From assembly GCA_040954595.2 (NCBI GenBank), contig CM082576.2:11039129-11103128 (forward strand): a DNA stretch of 64,000 nt, in the 5' to 3' direction. Position numbers and translations under genes: made by a program. The notes under the pieces were generated by a model. That model was not told where the DNA came from. It ran no database searches and saw only the letters and a program-made list of their open reading frames with translations. This DNA comes from Balanoglossus misakiensis. Its lineage: Eukaryota > Animalia > Hemichordata. Within the stretch, counting starts at the first letter, position 1. Every line of letters starts with the position of its first letter. Shown here piece by piece: positions 44,379-58,600 of the stretch.

Positions 44379-44412
44379 AGATTGATCGATCGATTGATTG
44401 GTTGGTTGGTTG
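44197..44412. repeat. Compound tetranucleotide microsatellite (TGAT)n/(TGAC)n ending in (TGGT)n
   Basis: About 215 bp of alternating gatt/gact blocks, directly visible. Confidence 0.95.
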
Positions 44413-45612
44413 AACCCAATTTCAAAGAATATTGAGAAATGAAGTTTGTCGGAAAACACTGCTTCCAGAATACAACATCAACATTTTCACCATAATTATT
44501 GCACATCCCTCGGATCCGGCGAAGCATTAATTCCAAACGAGTCGGACTAGCAACTGCGGGATTTTTTTTCACAGAGATCTTATAGAAGTCAACTGAACCA
44601 CGAACGAAGAAATCGATCGAAATGTCATCCTAATGCTGTAAATGGTTTGAGAATATGCTTAAAAATTAAATAAGTGTCAGGACTTGTGAACAATCAATAA
44701 ATTGCAGCAGTAACGTTATCATTGATAACATCTCTTTGGCTTTCAGCGCAATTACAAATATGTCGCTGTTGCGGCAATTTTGGAAGCAACATCTCAAAGC
44801 AATATATAGCATTCAGAACCATTCATCGTTCGTAGTCGACTAGATTTTATCGACTTTTGTCTGATAAAAAGTATATTAATTGAGTGTTAGAGGGATTCAG
44901 TTTTTTTTTTCCATTAAAGAGTTGCTTTCAGGTTCCGACAACCGGAAGGTCGCTCGGAGCCATTAACGTCGACAAGACTAGAGTTGCTTCTTTGCTAATG
45001 GGAGAAAATTACAGCTACTTAAACTGTTTGCAAGAAGGATACAGAATATAATATGTATGGTGTCCTCCGGAAGTCGCGTGACGTATATTGGCATCTCGGA
45101 TACATCAGAGATTCGCCATTCTATACTTTATTGAGTGGAAGCAACTCAATATGTGCAGGTATCAGCTTTGTCCACAAGGTTTTAGACCATCTCATTGAAA
45201 AAAAGTTGCATAGGAACACCCAATTTCTCTCTATTTTTGTATTCAAAAATCAATGATCTACATGTATTTTAAAAACAAGAATATTACAACATTCTAAAAT
45301 ATGGAAAATTAAGAATGCGGTGGCATCTTAATGATGATGACGTCTATAATTTTAAGATTATCATAATCATATTATCATTATTATTATTATTCTCTCTATA
45401 AATAGAAAATATAATTGCATGCATGTAACAATTTGGTTTTATTACTTATCAGCCTTATCATTGCTATGCAGTGATTTAGGTCGATTGCATGTAGATTAGT
45501 GAAATGCACGTACTCGGTAAAAAATAATTAACAAATATTATCGCAATAATATAAATTTATAACCGACATTATCAGAAAAGCTAACAAATCACTATTCGGG
45601 GGAAAAAATTAT

Positions 45613-45694
45613 TGGCAGCGGTGGGATTCGAACCCACGCCATAGAAATGACTGGTGCCTAAAACCAGCGCCTTAGACCGCTCGGCCACGCTACC
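45613..45694 (-). tRNA. tRNA-Leu (anticodon TAG)
   Basis: Reverse complement GGTAGCGTGGCCGAGCGGTCTAAGGCGCTGGTTTTAGGCACCAGTCATTTCTATGGCGTGGGTTCGAATCCCACCGCTGCCA. It has A and B boxes, anticodon arm CTGGT-TTTAGGC-ACCAG, a long variable arm, and a downstream T6 Pol III terminator (45608-45603). Confidence 0.97.
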
Positions 45695-46619
45695 GTTCCG
45701 ACTACACAAGCCGTCAACAAATGTCCAATTGTAACGATTGGATGTTCTCGCCGTAACCACAAGATTAGTTAATATAATATCTTGTTCACAGTTTTAAAAA
45801 AAAGCCTAAAAGAAGGTGATTTACAAAACTTCTCATAGCCAGTTTTTCAGAAAATAATCAGCACAGACCTCGATGTGGAAACCCTACAAAAGCAGCCATG
45901 TTTTTTGTTGGCGGGCTATGACGTTTATTCATTCACTTCACGTCACCATATCCGTTCAAGGTCATTTCATGCATGTCCACGAAAATAGCATGACACGAGC
46001 AAACGTTGGTCATTTTAAGACCAAATGTTTTCCGTGAGTTTTCATATTAAAAGCCTTCATACATGCACTACAGCCTAGGTTGGTGTGTTCTGCATTTAAA
46101 TTACAGTTTACACGATTGCGGTTGGAATTGGCATCATTCATGCCGTGGATACGGAATGTAGCTCAGATTTATTTCTGTTTTCTAGGTCCTCGAGTTTATT
46201 CCTCTCAAGTTTTAACGAAGAAATCACGACCAGTGACTATCGAAGGGCGGAGTCTATACGGTAACAACATTGCAAACAAACATAACATGTGCCATGGTAT
46301 TCGCCGGCCGGCGTTTTAAACTCTGACCTCAACAGCGCCCCCAACGCACTTTATCCGAAGGCGCGTAATACGGATGCCAATTTTCCAGCATTATATGTAT
46401 ATATACAACTGACTTCATGGTGTTAGCCCTTTAAGCCAAGAAATTGCACATACACCGCATCAATATGTTACAAAAAAGTAACAAAAACTTTCCTAGGAAG
46501 TGACCATGGATGATTTCCACAAAAGAGTGTAATTTATTTTCTGATTTTAATTGACAGATATTCTTTACTTGGCATGCAAGTAAATCTCTTAGTATTTTTT
46601 GTTGTCAGTTCCTGGCAGT

Positions 46620-49600
46620 TCACGTTTGAGGACAGAGATCCAACAACAGAGGATGACAGAACGGAATCTGAAAGAAAGCAAGCAGAACTTAATTAAATCA
46701 TACTCCCATTTCATAAGTCTAGCAATCACGGACATGAACTTTAAAGCGAGGCCAATTGGGAAATGCCCTTGATGTGATTGGTCAACTTTCCCCATTGGCC
46801 TCACTTTGAGTTCAAATTCATGATGGCTGCACTGATGAGGGCGCTACACTTATGAAAAAGGTGTATTGACAATAGATTTTATTTAAATACTGCACCACTC
46901 ATCACAAATGAGGAACCCATGATTATTGACAGACTTTTTTGTGTTCACATAAAACAAAACAAGAAATAAAGCAAATTCTGATGTTTGCTTACATACTTGG
47001 TTTTGTTTGTATTCCTGTCATTCATCTAGTCAGAAATTTTAGAAAAGGATTGCATTCAATCCACCGTTCTCACCTGATGGAATTTGCTCAAAACAGACGA
47101 CAGTTCTTGTGCTGTATCCATGACGCTTTGACCCTGTGGACCTAATCTTGTGAGCATGCTCAGTAGTAACTCTGAGTAGAGGAGGAGTCTGTAGACTGCG
47201 AGAAATGGCTTGCTGGCTCCAAGTATTCCATATGGACCAGTTCCTATTTATGACATCAAGTATTGAAATAAGATGAAGGTTTTCTTTGTACATGCCTTTA
47301 AAACATGGCTAATTAACAGATAAGTTGAATTTGATTAGTGTGTATGCACATGTGAGCCTTTGTCTTAACTGATGCCTCGTTTCGCACCATCATATTCAAG
47401 TTGAAGTGACAAAAACTGCAGTACAAAAGACCTGTTGATGGCAATAATTGCCAGCACATGTGAAATATAAATCCCAGAGACATTACCTTTAATTCCACTG
47501 CTTTCTAAGACATTCAAAGTTATCTGAACCATGTGTGCTGCTGTTTGGAGTCTGCTGGAAAGATGCTTCCTGAAATAAATCTCTCTGTTTCCACTGGAAA
47601 CCAATTTCTGTAAGGAAATGACAACGCTCAGCATAATGAATCAAACCTTGACCATCTGTGCTTTTGTCATGTTACTGATTGATAATGTACTTTTGACGAA
47701 ATGTTTGACTTTGATATTGATCAGAATTTCATTCATGGATTTTAAACACTATTCTCACATGTAGTCTCCAAATGGATGGTGTTAGTAATTCTCTGCTGGG
47801 CTCTTACCTGTAAATGACGATGAGTGAGCTGAGCGGTTATAACATGCTCTGCATATATATTAGCATCTTCTTGTTCAAAAAGATTCACTGAACTGCGAAA
47901 AAGAGTCACCAAGCAGGAAAGAAGAATCAAAATCCAGGCGTAAGCAGAAATACGCTGACTTTCAGCCAACTAATTAATTGTCTGACTGAGTCTTGTGTAC
48001 CATTCTGTATTACATAAGCAGTGTCACTGTGTTATTGATCAAAACTATGCAGTAACCAGATCATGGCAAGCAGGTTGTAAAGACACTTCCCGCAGCTTCC
48101 ATAAAAGTTCACTTTCTACAGATAAGGCAATTGGCTCTGTTACCTGTTCTTGATGTAATCCCTTATAACTTGGTCTGCTGGGTTGTTTCCATGGAGATAA
48201 GTCATCATGAAGTCGAGGAAAGCCTCCGACCAACTAAAGCACTCAAAGAAACTTATGAACAGTAACTGAAAAAAGTAAACAAAAATAGCTCTTCATTGAT
48301 AAAGAAATTTGGTATGTAATAATTTCTGTTAACTAAGATGGTATTGGACTTGAGCATGGACAGTGGCCACAAAAAAGCCCAACCAACAAAGAAGATATGT
48401 CCTAAATACCAGTAAGATAAAATATTTTTTACAAGGAAAGCATTGCTTTGTTGTTATGATGTCCTCTCTGCACTCATTGATACAATGTGCCAACACTTAA
48501 AAATGGCTGAAATTTCAGAAACAGATATTCCTCTTCTCATATTGACACAAATCCCCTCAAATGGCAAATGAAAGAGTGTTGCCACATTGCTTTCACTCGA
48601 GCCACTCGGTTACCTGTAAGCCAGCACTGCAGTGAACACTTGGATATTGCACAAAGTCGGGCGGACGATGTAACAGTGCCGTGTACTTGGCTGCCTCCAT
48701 GCGAACTTCTTGAACCTCGTCCTGTAGCAACTGCACACTACTGTTGAAGATTCTGTGAAGAGGGTACGATATACATGATTAACATTTCCGAACCTACACT
48801 ACACACGTATGTCTTCTGTGAGTAGAATAATCAGACTGATACCATCATGCACATGTGGCAGACGGCAAATACCATCTATGATTCTTATGTCTACAACTTC
48901 AAACGGATAAATAAGCAGGACAAACTGTTACTCTACGTAGTTCTATGGTGCAAACTAGTCTCAAAGGTCATCAAACTTCACCATGAAACACGGAACTGTA
49001 CCTTGTGACAAACTCTGCGAGTTCTTCTTTCTTGCTCTCAGAAATCATACTCAGCAACTGAGGTCCAGTGATCTGTAACACCCTGGCAACAGCTAATCTG
49101 AGATCTTCAACAACAGTTGGTTTGCTGTACTTTTCGATGAGTAAGACCAAATCGCTTACAAGATTCCTAGAAAGACAGGTTTTGTGTAAGCAATCACATT
49201 ATGATTTTCAAAAAAAAATACACCAGAACTGCACATAAAAAAAATACAAATTGTGAGAATGAACTTGCTTCTGTACCTGTTACCTTCGTGGAGTGGTAAA
49301 TTCTTTTTGGTAATGACAGCGATGGCAGGGAGTGCAAGAGCTGCAAGTGTCGTTCCTTTATCTCCATCAGCCAGATGAAACAACATCTCTGATAAAGTGG
49401 ATATGTCAAGCATAGCCCAGGGAAAATCAGTCTCTTCCGATATTACTGTGAGCAGTTCTAATTTTTCTTGTAAACATGAATGGTCGCGCTCCGTTGCTAT
49501 GCTGTCAATGATGTGCGTTGTCACGAAGTCTGGTGATAAATTATGCCCATTTTTTGCTCTGTATGTGTCTGCGATGAACTTCAATGATGACAGCCTTATT

Positions 49601-52600
49601 TCATTGTCTTCTGAATGCAAAGATTCGGTGAGAAATTGCTTTTGTTCACTTTCTTCCTTGGTAAGTTCCAGGCTGTACTTGACCTTTGACCTCACCAGTA
49701 CGGCGTCACCTATCTGACAGGTTACCATGGAAGAGAAATAGAATTTGGATTAAAAATGATAATTGTAGCAGATAGAACATTGTCAAGTACTTGAGTATCT
49801 TTTTGCAGACACAAACATATGATATTTAATATGAGCATACTGGCCATGACAAATCGCCAACATTTAACTTTGCCGGTATAAGACGATTGAAATGACTGGT
49901 GTAAAGTAAAGAATGCATGAATGTCTTGCACAAGATTTGAAAGTTACCTGCACTGACAAACTTTTCCCTTTGTTTTCAACCATGATTACTTGCTTGATGT
50001 CCCTCCTGAGCTCGCTGACTCCCTTCGCATCAGACGAGCAGTGTCTCTGTGTGAGGTATTTCAGTATGATGTCCAGGTAAAATGCTCTGGTCAGAGCGCA
50101 GGGGTTCATGGAAGTCGCCAGCCAGATCTTGCTTCTGAGCTTGGTGCAGACTCTGTGAGCGTCCATCTTCACCCTGTTTAAAACAGCAATGAGATATTAG
50201 AGAAGCAAGCAACAGTAGTGTAGATCTAAGCGGTACTGACTATACTCATGAATATTCAACAGCAAACATCACAGAATAGACCAGTCATGGTAGTATTTCA
50301 TGAGGGAGTGTGTGTACTGGGTAATGTAGTGTGCATGTGACCAGAATTCCAGAATTTCATTTATTACACTCACTTCCTGCTCCTCAGTGTGGACTGCAGT
50401 AACCTGTCACTTTGTAACAGCATTCCGTGGAGGGCGTTGTGCGAGGGAACCTCAGAGTCGCTGTCCGGTAGCCTGTCCAAGATGGCTTCCAGGTAGCTGC
50501 CATGCTGCTCCATGGCAACCAGTGGTAACAACGCTGCTGCTGCCAGAACTCTAACTGCATAGATTGGACTGGCGGAGAGCTTCATTACAGGTTCAATAAA
50601 AGGTGTCAGAGAACTGTAAAAAAACAAATCCTTGTTACTGTTTTGTATTTTTGCTAGGGGGGAGGGGTTCCAGTTTAAAACTGTATGATACCAAAATATC
50701 AAAATATTGAGAAAACTATATCTGTGTATTATGGTAAGAATTCATAATGGATCTTCAAAACATGAGCTATATCGGTACAATTACAGTCTAAAGTTCATGT
50801 ACTTGTAATCTGTGTAATATACAGATCAGAATTCCATGTTTCTTCAAAATATGCAATTTCTCTCACCATTCTACTTGATCCTGTTGTATTCCGGGTCCGA
50901 GTTTCGACAAGACTGTCAGTACCGGATGCAGCGCCGGATACAGACACAGCCTGTTGTCTTGCTGATACTGAGATGCTTCTCGCACTTGCGACAGTAGAAA
51001 CGAATGTAGCTGAGGGTAACGTACAAAGAATTCCTGAGCTGTGACTGTGTTCAGCTGCGAGTGCTCATCTTGTGTTCTCTTCTGTCCTAGCATTCGAGCC
51101 ACCAGAGTCCCTGTGAAATCAATTAATGTCATCACAAATATATGGTAGTTTCTACCCATTCTTACCCCCTACCTACCCACCCATCTTGCTGACAGATAGC
51201 AAGACAGACTGATAGATCAATAGATAATGTTCAATTTGTCGTGTGTTTGGTGGCAAAATCAATTCAGACTTAAAACAGCATTCACCCCAATTACCTTTGT
51301 AGAGGTCCAACTTTACCACCACAGATAACAATGGATTTGAACCATGTTGATAAACAATCTGATTAAAATCAGGTGTAGGATACAGCGATGTCTTTACTTA
51401 TGCGATGTGGTATTCTTATGATGTCACCTCACACTAGGCAACAGCATAAGTAAAACTAAAAGACATCACTGCACCCTACATCTGATTTTAATCAGATTGG
51501 GTGATGGAAGGACTATAACCAAAATCTCAGATGTCTTTATTGCAAGAAAGCAAACAAATAAAACTCACCAAACAACTGCGTGCAGGCATTTCTGATGGCC
51601 CAAGATGGCGACGAAAAACCCTGTATGGTTACCATGACAACTTCAGACGCGTACTGTAACATTGCGTTTCCGAGCACCGAACTTCTGAACAGTGATTTCA
51701 AAACATTAAAACCATGAACCTGAAATGTGATGAACAGAAAACAGCTGAAAGTTTTGCATATTTGCGGTGTGCTTTTTCAGGAACCGTTTTCGCCAGAAGG
51801 GAAATGCTTCCATACACTGCGATAACTTTGTAGAATGAATGTCACCATGGATCAAACAGTTCTACTTGTCTGTTGGCTAATAGATTTGTTGACCTCACTC
51901 TGTCACTATGACTGGTGTCATTATAATGTTCCTTTTGATGCTATTTCAGACAAAGAAACCCATTCAGCCACAAGAAATTGCTGGCAGCGCTCTGACAAAA
52001 ACGCTGTCTAAAAATTCCTGCTAATCTGTGGTACTTTTATTCTTCAATTCTCTTGCTTTCTGACTCCAAGACATGATTTATACTTCAAATAGCAACTGCA
52101 TTAACACTAGCAACAAAACCGTGACTGGATGGGTGTACCAGTTACGGTACTTTCCTGTTTAATACCAGAGAACCAACCTGAGGTAAATCCAAGGTCTGAG
52201 TAACACCGCCAGACAGTGGTTTGTGTACAATCTTCAATAGGTGTTCCATGGAGTAATTCAACAGCAGCTTCTACAGGGTGCAATAAAGGTGTGATTGAAC
52301 TCAGAAAGATAAACTGTGCGATGTCAGGAATCTCTGAAAAATCGTTTCTTCTTTTTGTTCAGTTATCAGCTGCTGGCCAACTTCAAACTTTCATCGCTGA
52401 TTAACAAGTCTGGCAGTGTGACAGCATGTGCTTTACCAACTTGCCAGGAAAATGCAACATTCTATGAATCTAGTTATGTCTCACCTCTCTGCCTTTGGGT
52501 TCACATGACGTGATGGCTTCAACCAGCAACGGCAGACCTGCACTTCTCCTGGTGATCGAAGAACTGGCTTGTGGAGATTCTAACAAACTGAAGATCTGTA

Positions 52601-55600
52601 AATTATTACGATCAAACAGACAGTACTTAGTTTCCCAAAATGGCCGGGCGATGAATCAGTGAAGCTAGTGGAGTACTATTCAAAGAATTCAACCCAGGGT
52701 CAAGTGTCAGATAAGGAGATGAACATGATAAATAGTTTATACCTGAGATAGAATGTTTTTGGGTATGCTGGACAATTCTTGAAAGGGACTTGACAAGAGC
52801 CGGGAACACAGCTTCATAAATCCAAGATGGCAGCCTTCAATGGCACCCTGCAACAGAAAAGTAATAGACAATGATCACACAGGGATTCAATACGGATTTT
52901 GTTTCCATACTGGTATATTTCCTTAGATGAGATGTCTGAAAACGTGGTCTCATATGATGACCACATTTGACTAATTTTTGCTATTACATATCCTAGTATA
53001 TTTAATAGTATAAGAGAGTTCCTTCAAGTCTACATGATTCTTTAACCAGTAGCTTTATTCCCTGAGCAATGAGTTGAAAATTAAATTTGCAACGTGTCAA
53101 CATATCTTTTTTTCCATTTTGCTCAGAAAAGCGACTCTCTGGCTTACCCTGTGTCTGCACTTTGTGAGAATTTTCACAAAAATGTCAGCCATCCTTCGAA
53201 TCTGCCGTGATGTCAGGAAACCATTTGTGCTGCCAATGGTGAACGGAAGACTGTTGGCAAAGGCACCGAGAAGAAGACTACATTCCTAAAAAAATAACAA
53301 AAGGAGACAGGAAGATTGAAACAAGATAATATGTTGTTTGAATATCACACAAATATCCTGAACAAATTGTACTGATTTTCCCTTGAATTTTGAAACACTA
53401 CCACCTGAGTGTGAGAAGACATTCCATTTATTTAAGGTAGGTAAACCATAGAAATGGTAATATTCAAACAGAACAGATGATAAGTGTCTGCTTGACAGAG
53501 ACATGTCTGACAGGAAAACTGAAGGAACGACAGGTACCACTTCTTCGCATAAACATACATTGCATATTGGCTCACCCTAATATTCAGCCAGCAATATGCT
53601 AATATGAGTTGATGTTCTGTCGATATGGCTGCTGATTCTTCCTGTTCGTTTCCCTCATCGCCTAGGGAGTCTGATATGACCTGACCAATAGCAATCCCCA
53701 TCTCAGCAAAGTCAGGTGATGTGTCTGTCAATGAAAGACCAGATTATAGTTTACCATGCTGAACACAGGACAGAAAACTGTGGTTTTCACATGTATGGCG
53801 ATCATGCCAGTGATGTACCAGTAGGTATATTTTGTCACAGGTAGATTATGAGGCAAACCAGCTGGTCATCACATATAAATTGACTCAATAAAGTGTTCTC
53901 TTTGGGTTTACAAGCCTTATAGCCAAGCACATGCTGAGTTCAGTAGGCATTCTGACCAGTGATTGGCCAACATCTACACGCTCCATAATTTTTTTGTATC
54001 CCGAGAAACGTTGACTGTGCTTACCCCAGTCACTCTGAATACATTTCAAATCCTTGCAGTGATTTTTACCTGCACTGCATTTTTGTGTCCTATTAAGGTG
54101 ATTAATTATTCTTTCACTCACCTGAGTCTGGATTTGCATTTTTGCCAAAGAGAATCTGCAGCATTGAATTCACAATGGTCTCTACCATGTCTACGATCTG
54201 GCCAATCACCGACCTCCATTCATCACTTTCTGCATCTGTCGTCATGACAACATTGGCGGCGTTCTCTGTGAGACATCTCCGCAGTGCAAGCACTATACCT
54301 GTATGCAAATACATGCAATGGGGATATGAATAAAATGGGTGGCGGGTGGATGGGCGGTCATGGTTGGATAATGATGATGGCTATCAATGGATATAAAGGT
54401 TTTAAAGATTATTCGAGTATCTATCTTTACCGTGTACAGGGCTTGTAGTGGCAGCTTTTAACAGATTCTCTTTGGCTGCTTCATACTGCTGTGACAGCAG
54501 AACCTGAAGTTCTTTTATGAAACTGATCCTTGTGTCACCGTCAGTGCACACTGTATCCACGGTTACAGCCAAGTCTCCAGTAGTCTGCGTTGTCATGGTG
54601 AGCTTCCATCCCATCTCAACAACATATCTGGTGGGTGGTGGGAAATATTTGTGATTATTATTTTTGGGGTGCCTGAAGGACAATTTGCATATTTGTGGTG
54701 TCTACTCACCCACAGAAACAGGATTATATAAATGTCACATCTGCCTCTAACCTTGGTTATAATGGATAAAGGTGTTTATTTACAAATCAGGGTGAAATTA
54801 AACGTGAACAGTATTGATTATTTTTGACAATTTTTGAAATTTACACTTGACATTAAAGATGTATGATTCCGTCAGTGTTTCAAAACATAGGGTGAATCTA
54901 AAATGTCAGGTTTGGAGTTGCTGATTTGAAACATAACTTTCTCTGTTATTAATAACAATTCTGGTAAAAAAACGCATTTCAAGCTACAAGAAGAAGAGTA
55001 CTCAAGCCAGCTCTAGTTACGACACAGTAACCACCTACTTCTGAAAGATCATTTTAGACATGACGGCACCACTTTCACACTCCATGGCTTTGGGACTGCA
55101 CATCAAGTGATAAGAATGCTTTAAAATCCGACAAGCGATCGACTTGGGGCATTGAGCGGTGTGACATGGTAGTGGCCATGGATAGTAGGCGGTCAACACG
55201 GTGTAAGCCATCTCCCTGATTTCGTTTGTTCCGTCTTCCATGCAACTCAGTATCACGTGGGTGTTCCTGGAGATTACGGGGGGAAAAGACAGACATGTCG
55301 CACGCAAGTAGATGGATATATTAATACAAAATCTGGCTTCAGTTGGGTCAGTTGTCGATAGATCAATCACACATGCAAACACTGTTGACCAAAGTGGCCG
55401 AAGTCTGAATGGTACATATACCGTACATACAAGTGCAAATTACCTAGATGAAAAGAACAGCCATTTCTCATGTTCGTGGGTCCAATCCAATAACATAGCA
55501 GCTGAATCTGTCAATAAAAAAAAAGAACAGTCACCACAAAATTACATTGTTCCCACTAATTACAGCTATAGGCCATACACCTGCACTTTCAGACCCTACC

Positions 55601-58600
55601 CATTCTAACTCTTTGAACTCTGACCTTCTTGTGACCTATACATCATTCAGAATTATTTTCCAAGCAGGGTTCAAAGGGTTGCAGCAAGGTATGGAAGTGG
55701 GCTGTCACGGTGATGTTGTGTCTATATCTGAGGCCAATCATCTCCCCACAAGAAAAACAAAAAAGTTCACCTGGTGTCTGCCCTTTTCTTCTGGCAATGC
55801 TGTCTTCTGTGATCAGAGATTCCAGTATGGCCGAGATCAACTCCAGCGATGTTTTCCGTCTCTGATAGCAGGACCCAGGGAAGAGAGACGAGATACACAG
55901 TTCATACAACCAGTCCACGAAATCTGAAATGTGAAAATTACCACGGAGGTTTCTCAGAAGGAAGAAGTCAAATGTATAATAAGAGTAATGCCAACAGTGG
56001 ATAACATTTGATCCCCAAATCTACATTTTTAAGTTTGATGCAAACAGCTCGATATATCACATCATAGGATGAGGATGGAAAAAAATGTGAAACTGTTACA
56101 CTGAGTATCTGATCTTACCAACAGACATTTCCAAAACTCTAGGAGTGTTGATTTCATCTGCTGTTGCCTGTTTCCTCTTCATCTCTTTCCTGTGCTGTTT
56201 TAGGACGGCGACGCAGCTGTCCCTAATCCTGACAACCAGTCGCTTCATGCAGGCATACAAGTGTTGTCTGAATGGCGAGGAATCGCAGTTCAAGTTCAGA
56301 GGCAGAAATTCCTTCAGGAGTGTGCATTCCAGGTCCGACAGTGGTTCTGGCACGTAGAGTGAAGACAACAGATAGTTATTTTTGTGTCCTTCTGAAGTAT
56401 GATGTTTCAAAAATCATTACCATTTTTCAATGGGTCGTTAAAGCCTTAACCACAGAAGTCAGAGATAAACCTCTGATGGTCACTCTGAAATGCAGTAGTA
56501 GTCCATACCACTCACTGTATTGAAGGTGTACACTGGGGTCTTAAACATAGGATTGACTACAGTGGAAGCCATAATGAAACCCATTGACTTGCCTGTAAAC
56601 ATGATTCTGAAGTGTAACTTTGTAAACTCTATTGTAATGAAATATTTTAAAATAGTAATAAATGAGTTACAGTAACTTTTTTCCATAGATACCTGATTTT
56701 CTATGACTGGTACACAGCAGACCTACAGCATCCGATCTTATGTCATCATCAAGATGCCACAGAGCTTGGCAGATTGGCTCCATTTTCTGTTGACAGCACA
56801 AAATATGTTGAGGAAAAACATGATGGAATGTCCATGAGAAGGCTACCAATACTGACCGGAATTAAAGCGAAGCATTATTTCAATAATTTAGGTCCATCTA
56901 AGATATTTTCTAATTTTACCAACCAAATCGCAACCATCAATGATCTTCAGATTTCTGGCCGAACTGAGTACAGCTATCTGGGCATGCAGGCATCTTGCAG
57001 GGGAGAACGTCAAGAATTGACTCGTCAGTTCTTCCATCAAGAGCGGATGGGCTGCTGGGAAAATCTTCAGCGTCCACGGCAACCAGTAATGAGACGCATT
57101 GTGCCTGAGGAGTCTGGTGAAGTTTGGAAAAAAAAGAGTGTACTTTAGAATAGGTCAATGTTTGATCTGATAACTGTTAGTCATATGTTGATACAGAAGT
57201 GAAGCAGACATCTGCAAGATCTGCAATCACAAATAACATACAGCATCGGACATCGGGGAAATAAGAAGACAATGAGTGCCCTGGATGTGAAATTCTTGCA
57301 TTTAAATCTGAAGCAGGTTTTTACGACTTACTGTATTTCATGACATAAAGCCTCTAAGAGATGTGACTTCCAGTACTGCTTCCAGAATTCCGCCATCTGC
57401 TCTTCACCGGAATCACTGCATTCTTTCCTGCAGAAGTTTCCACACACAATTCATGAAAATACGTCTCACCTCCACATAAAGGGCTTTCCCACAGCAAAAT
57501 GTTCAATCAAGATAATAACATTGAGTTTTAACATTATTATCTGTCCAACACTCCCCTTGAAAAAATGGACATTCAAACGCTGAACTTTTTTCCTTTTGAG
57601 AAGAATTTGAAGACAAAATATTAAAATCATACAAACCTTAAATTCTGGAGAAATGTCTTGTATACTTCACATGCTGGGGGTGCTAGATGGTTGGTTGCTA
57701 GGCAATGCACTAGACTGGTAGCAACTTCTGGGTAAGCTGTCAAAAACTAAAACAACACTTCTGTCAAAAAAATCTTCAAAAAAAGACAACAAAAAGGACC
57801 GGTCAAATCAAGTTGTCAATTCTAGATCATTCACTTTTTAGAAGTCTGTATACTGTTCACCAGAACTTCTTCTGAGATGTATGTCAGCTTCCAACATGAC
57901 GATATTTTGGGGTAACTCTGCACCTACCTTGGCTGCACCAACATATGAAATCAATGAACACAGAGGTCCATATTTTCCCTTCACATGCCATGACGTGTTG
58001 ACCAGCTTCACGGACAGTTCTTCATAAAACTAAGAAATCAAGAAGAGATATGATTGCTTGTTCATGATGTACATGACCTTTCTTTCTTTCTATCATGTGC
58101 CCACTTTTTCATCGCCAAATACGAGAACGACATGTACAGACAAGATCAATGAACATCTGCATACCAGTCCCTTGGTGGATTTCGAGAGAATAAAGATTAA
58201 TTTGAATTTCACTACTCACAGCATTATCGGTCACACTGCATAACCTATTTTCTTCGTGGTAGATTTCAAGAAGTTCACTAAAACTGGTCTTGATGCAATC
58301 AACCACTCCATCAATCTGGAAAATGTGCAAAATGAAGAACAAGAGATGTGTGGCAGTTACCACGATAAATTTGAAATCAAATCTTAGGCTGAGCAACAGC
58401 AGAATAATGTATGCCCTTATACTAATTACAATATTCCATGGCATTGTGTGCTATATGTACCATACTTACTGGATTTTCCCAATTCTCCCAGACTAGCTTC
58501 AATACAGTTGCTGTGTACTTTGAGTCTCTTGCGAAAATTCTCGTTGGGTGAGGTTGATCACGGTACACGAGATGTATGCTGTGCTTTGCACACTGTAGCC

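Noticed and set aside
44069-44572. 167-aa ORF with SINQ/SVSQ repeats
   Set aside because: Translation of the (GATT/GACT)n microsatellite; not a gene.
56685-56692. GTATCT donor in THADA-like intron 15 considered as a U12-type intron
   Set aside because: It reads gtatctat rather than the U12 consensus GTATCCTT.
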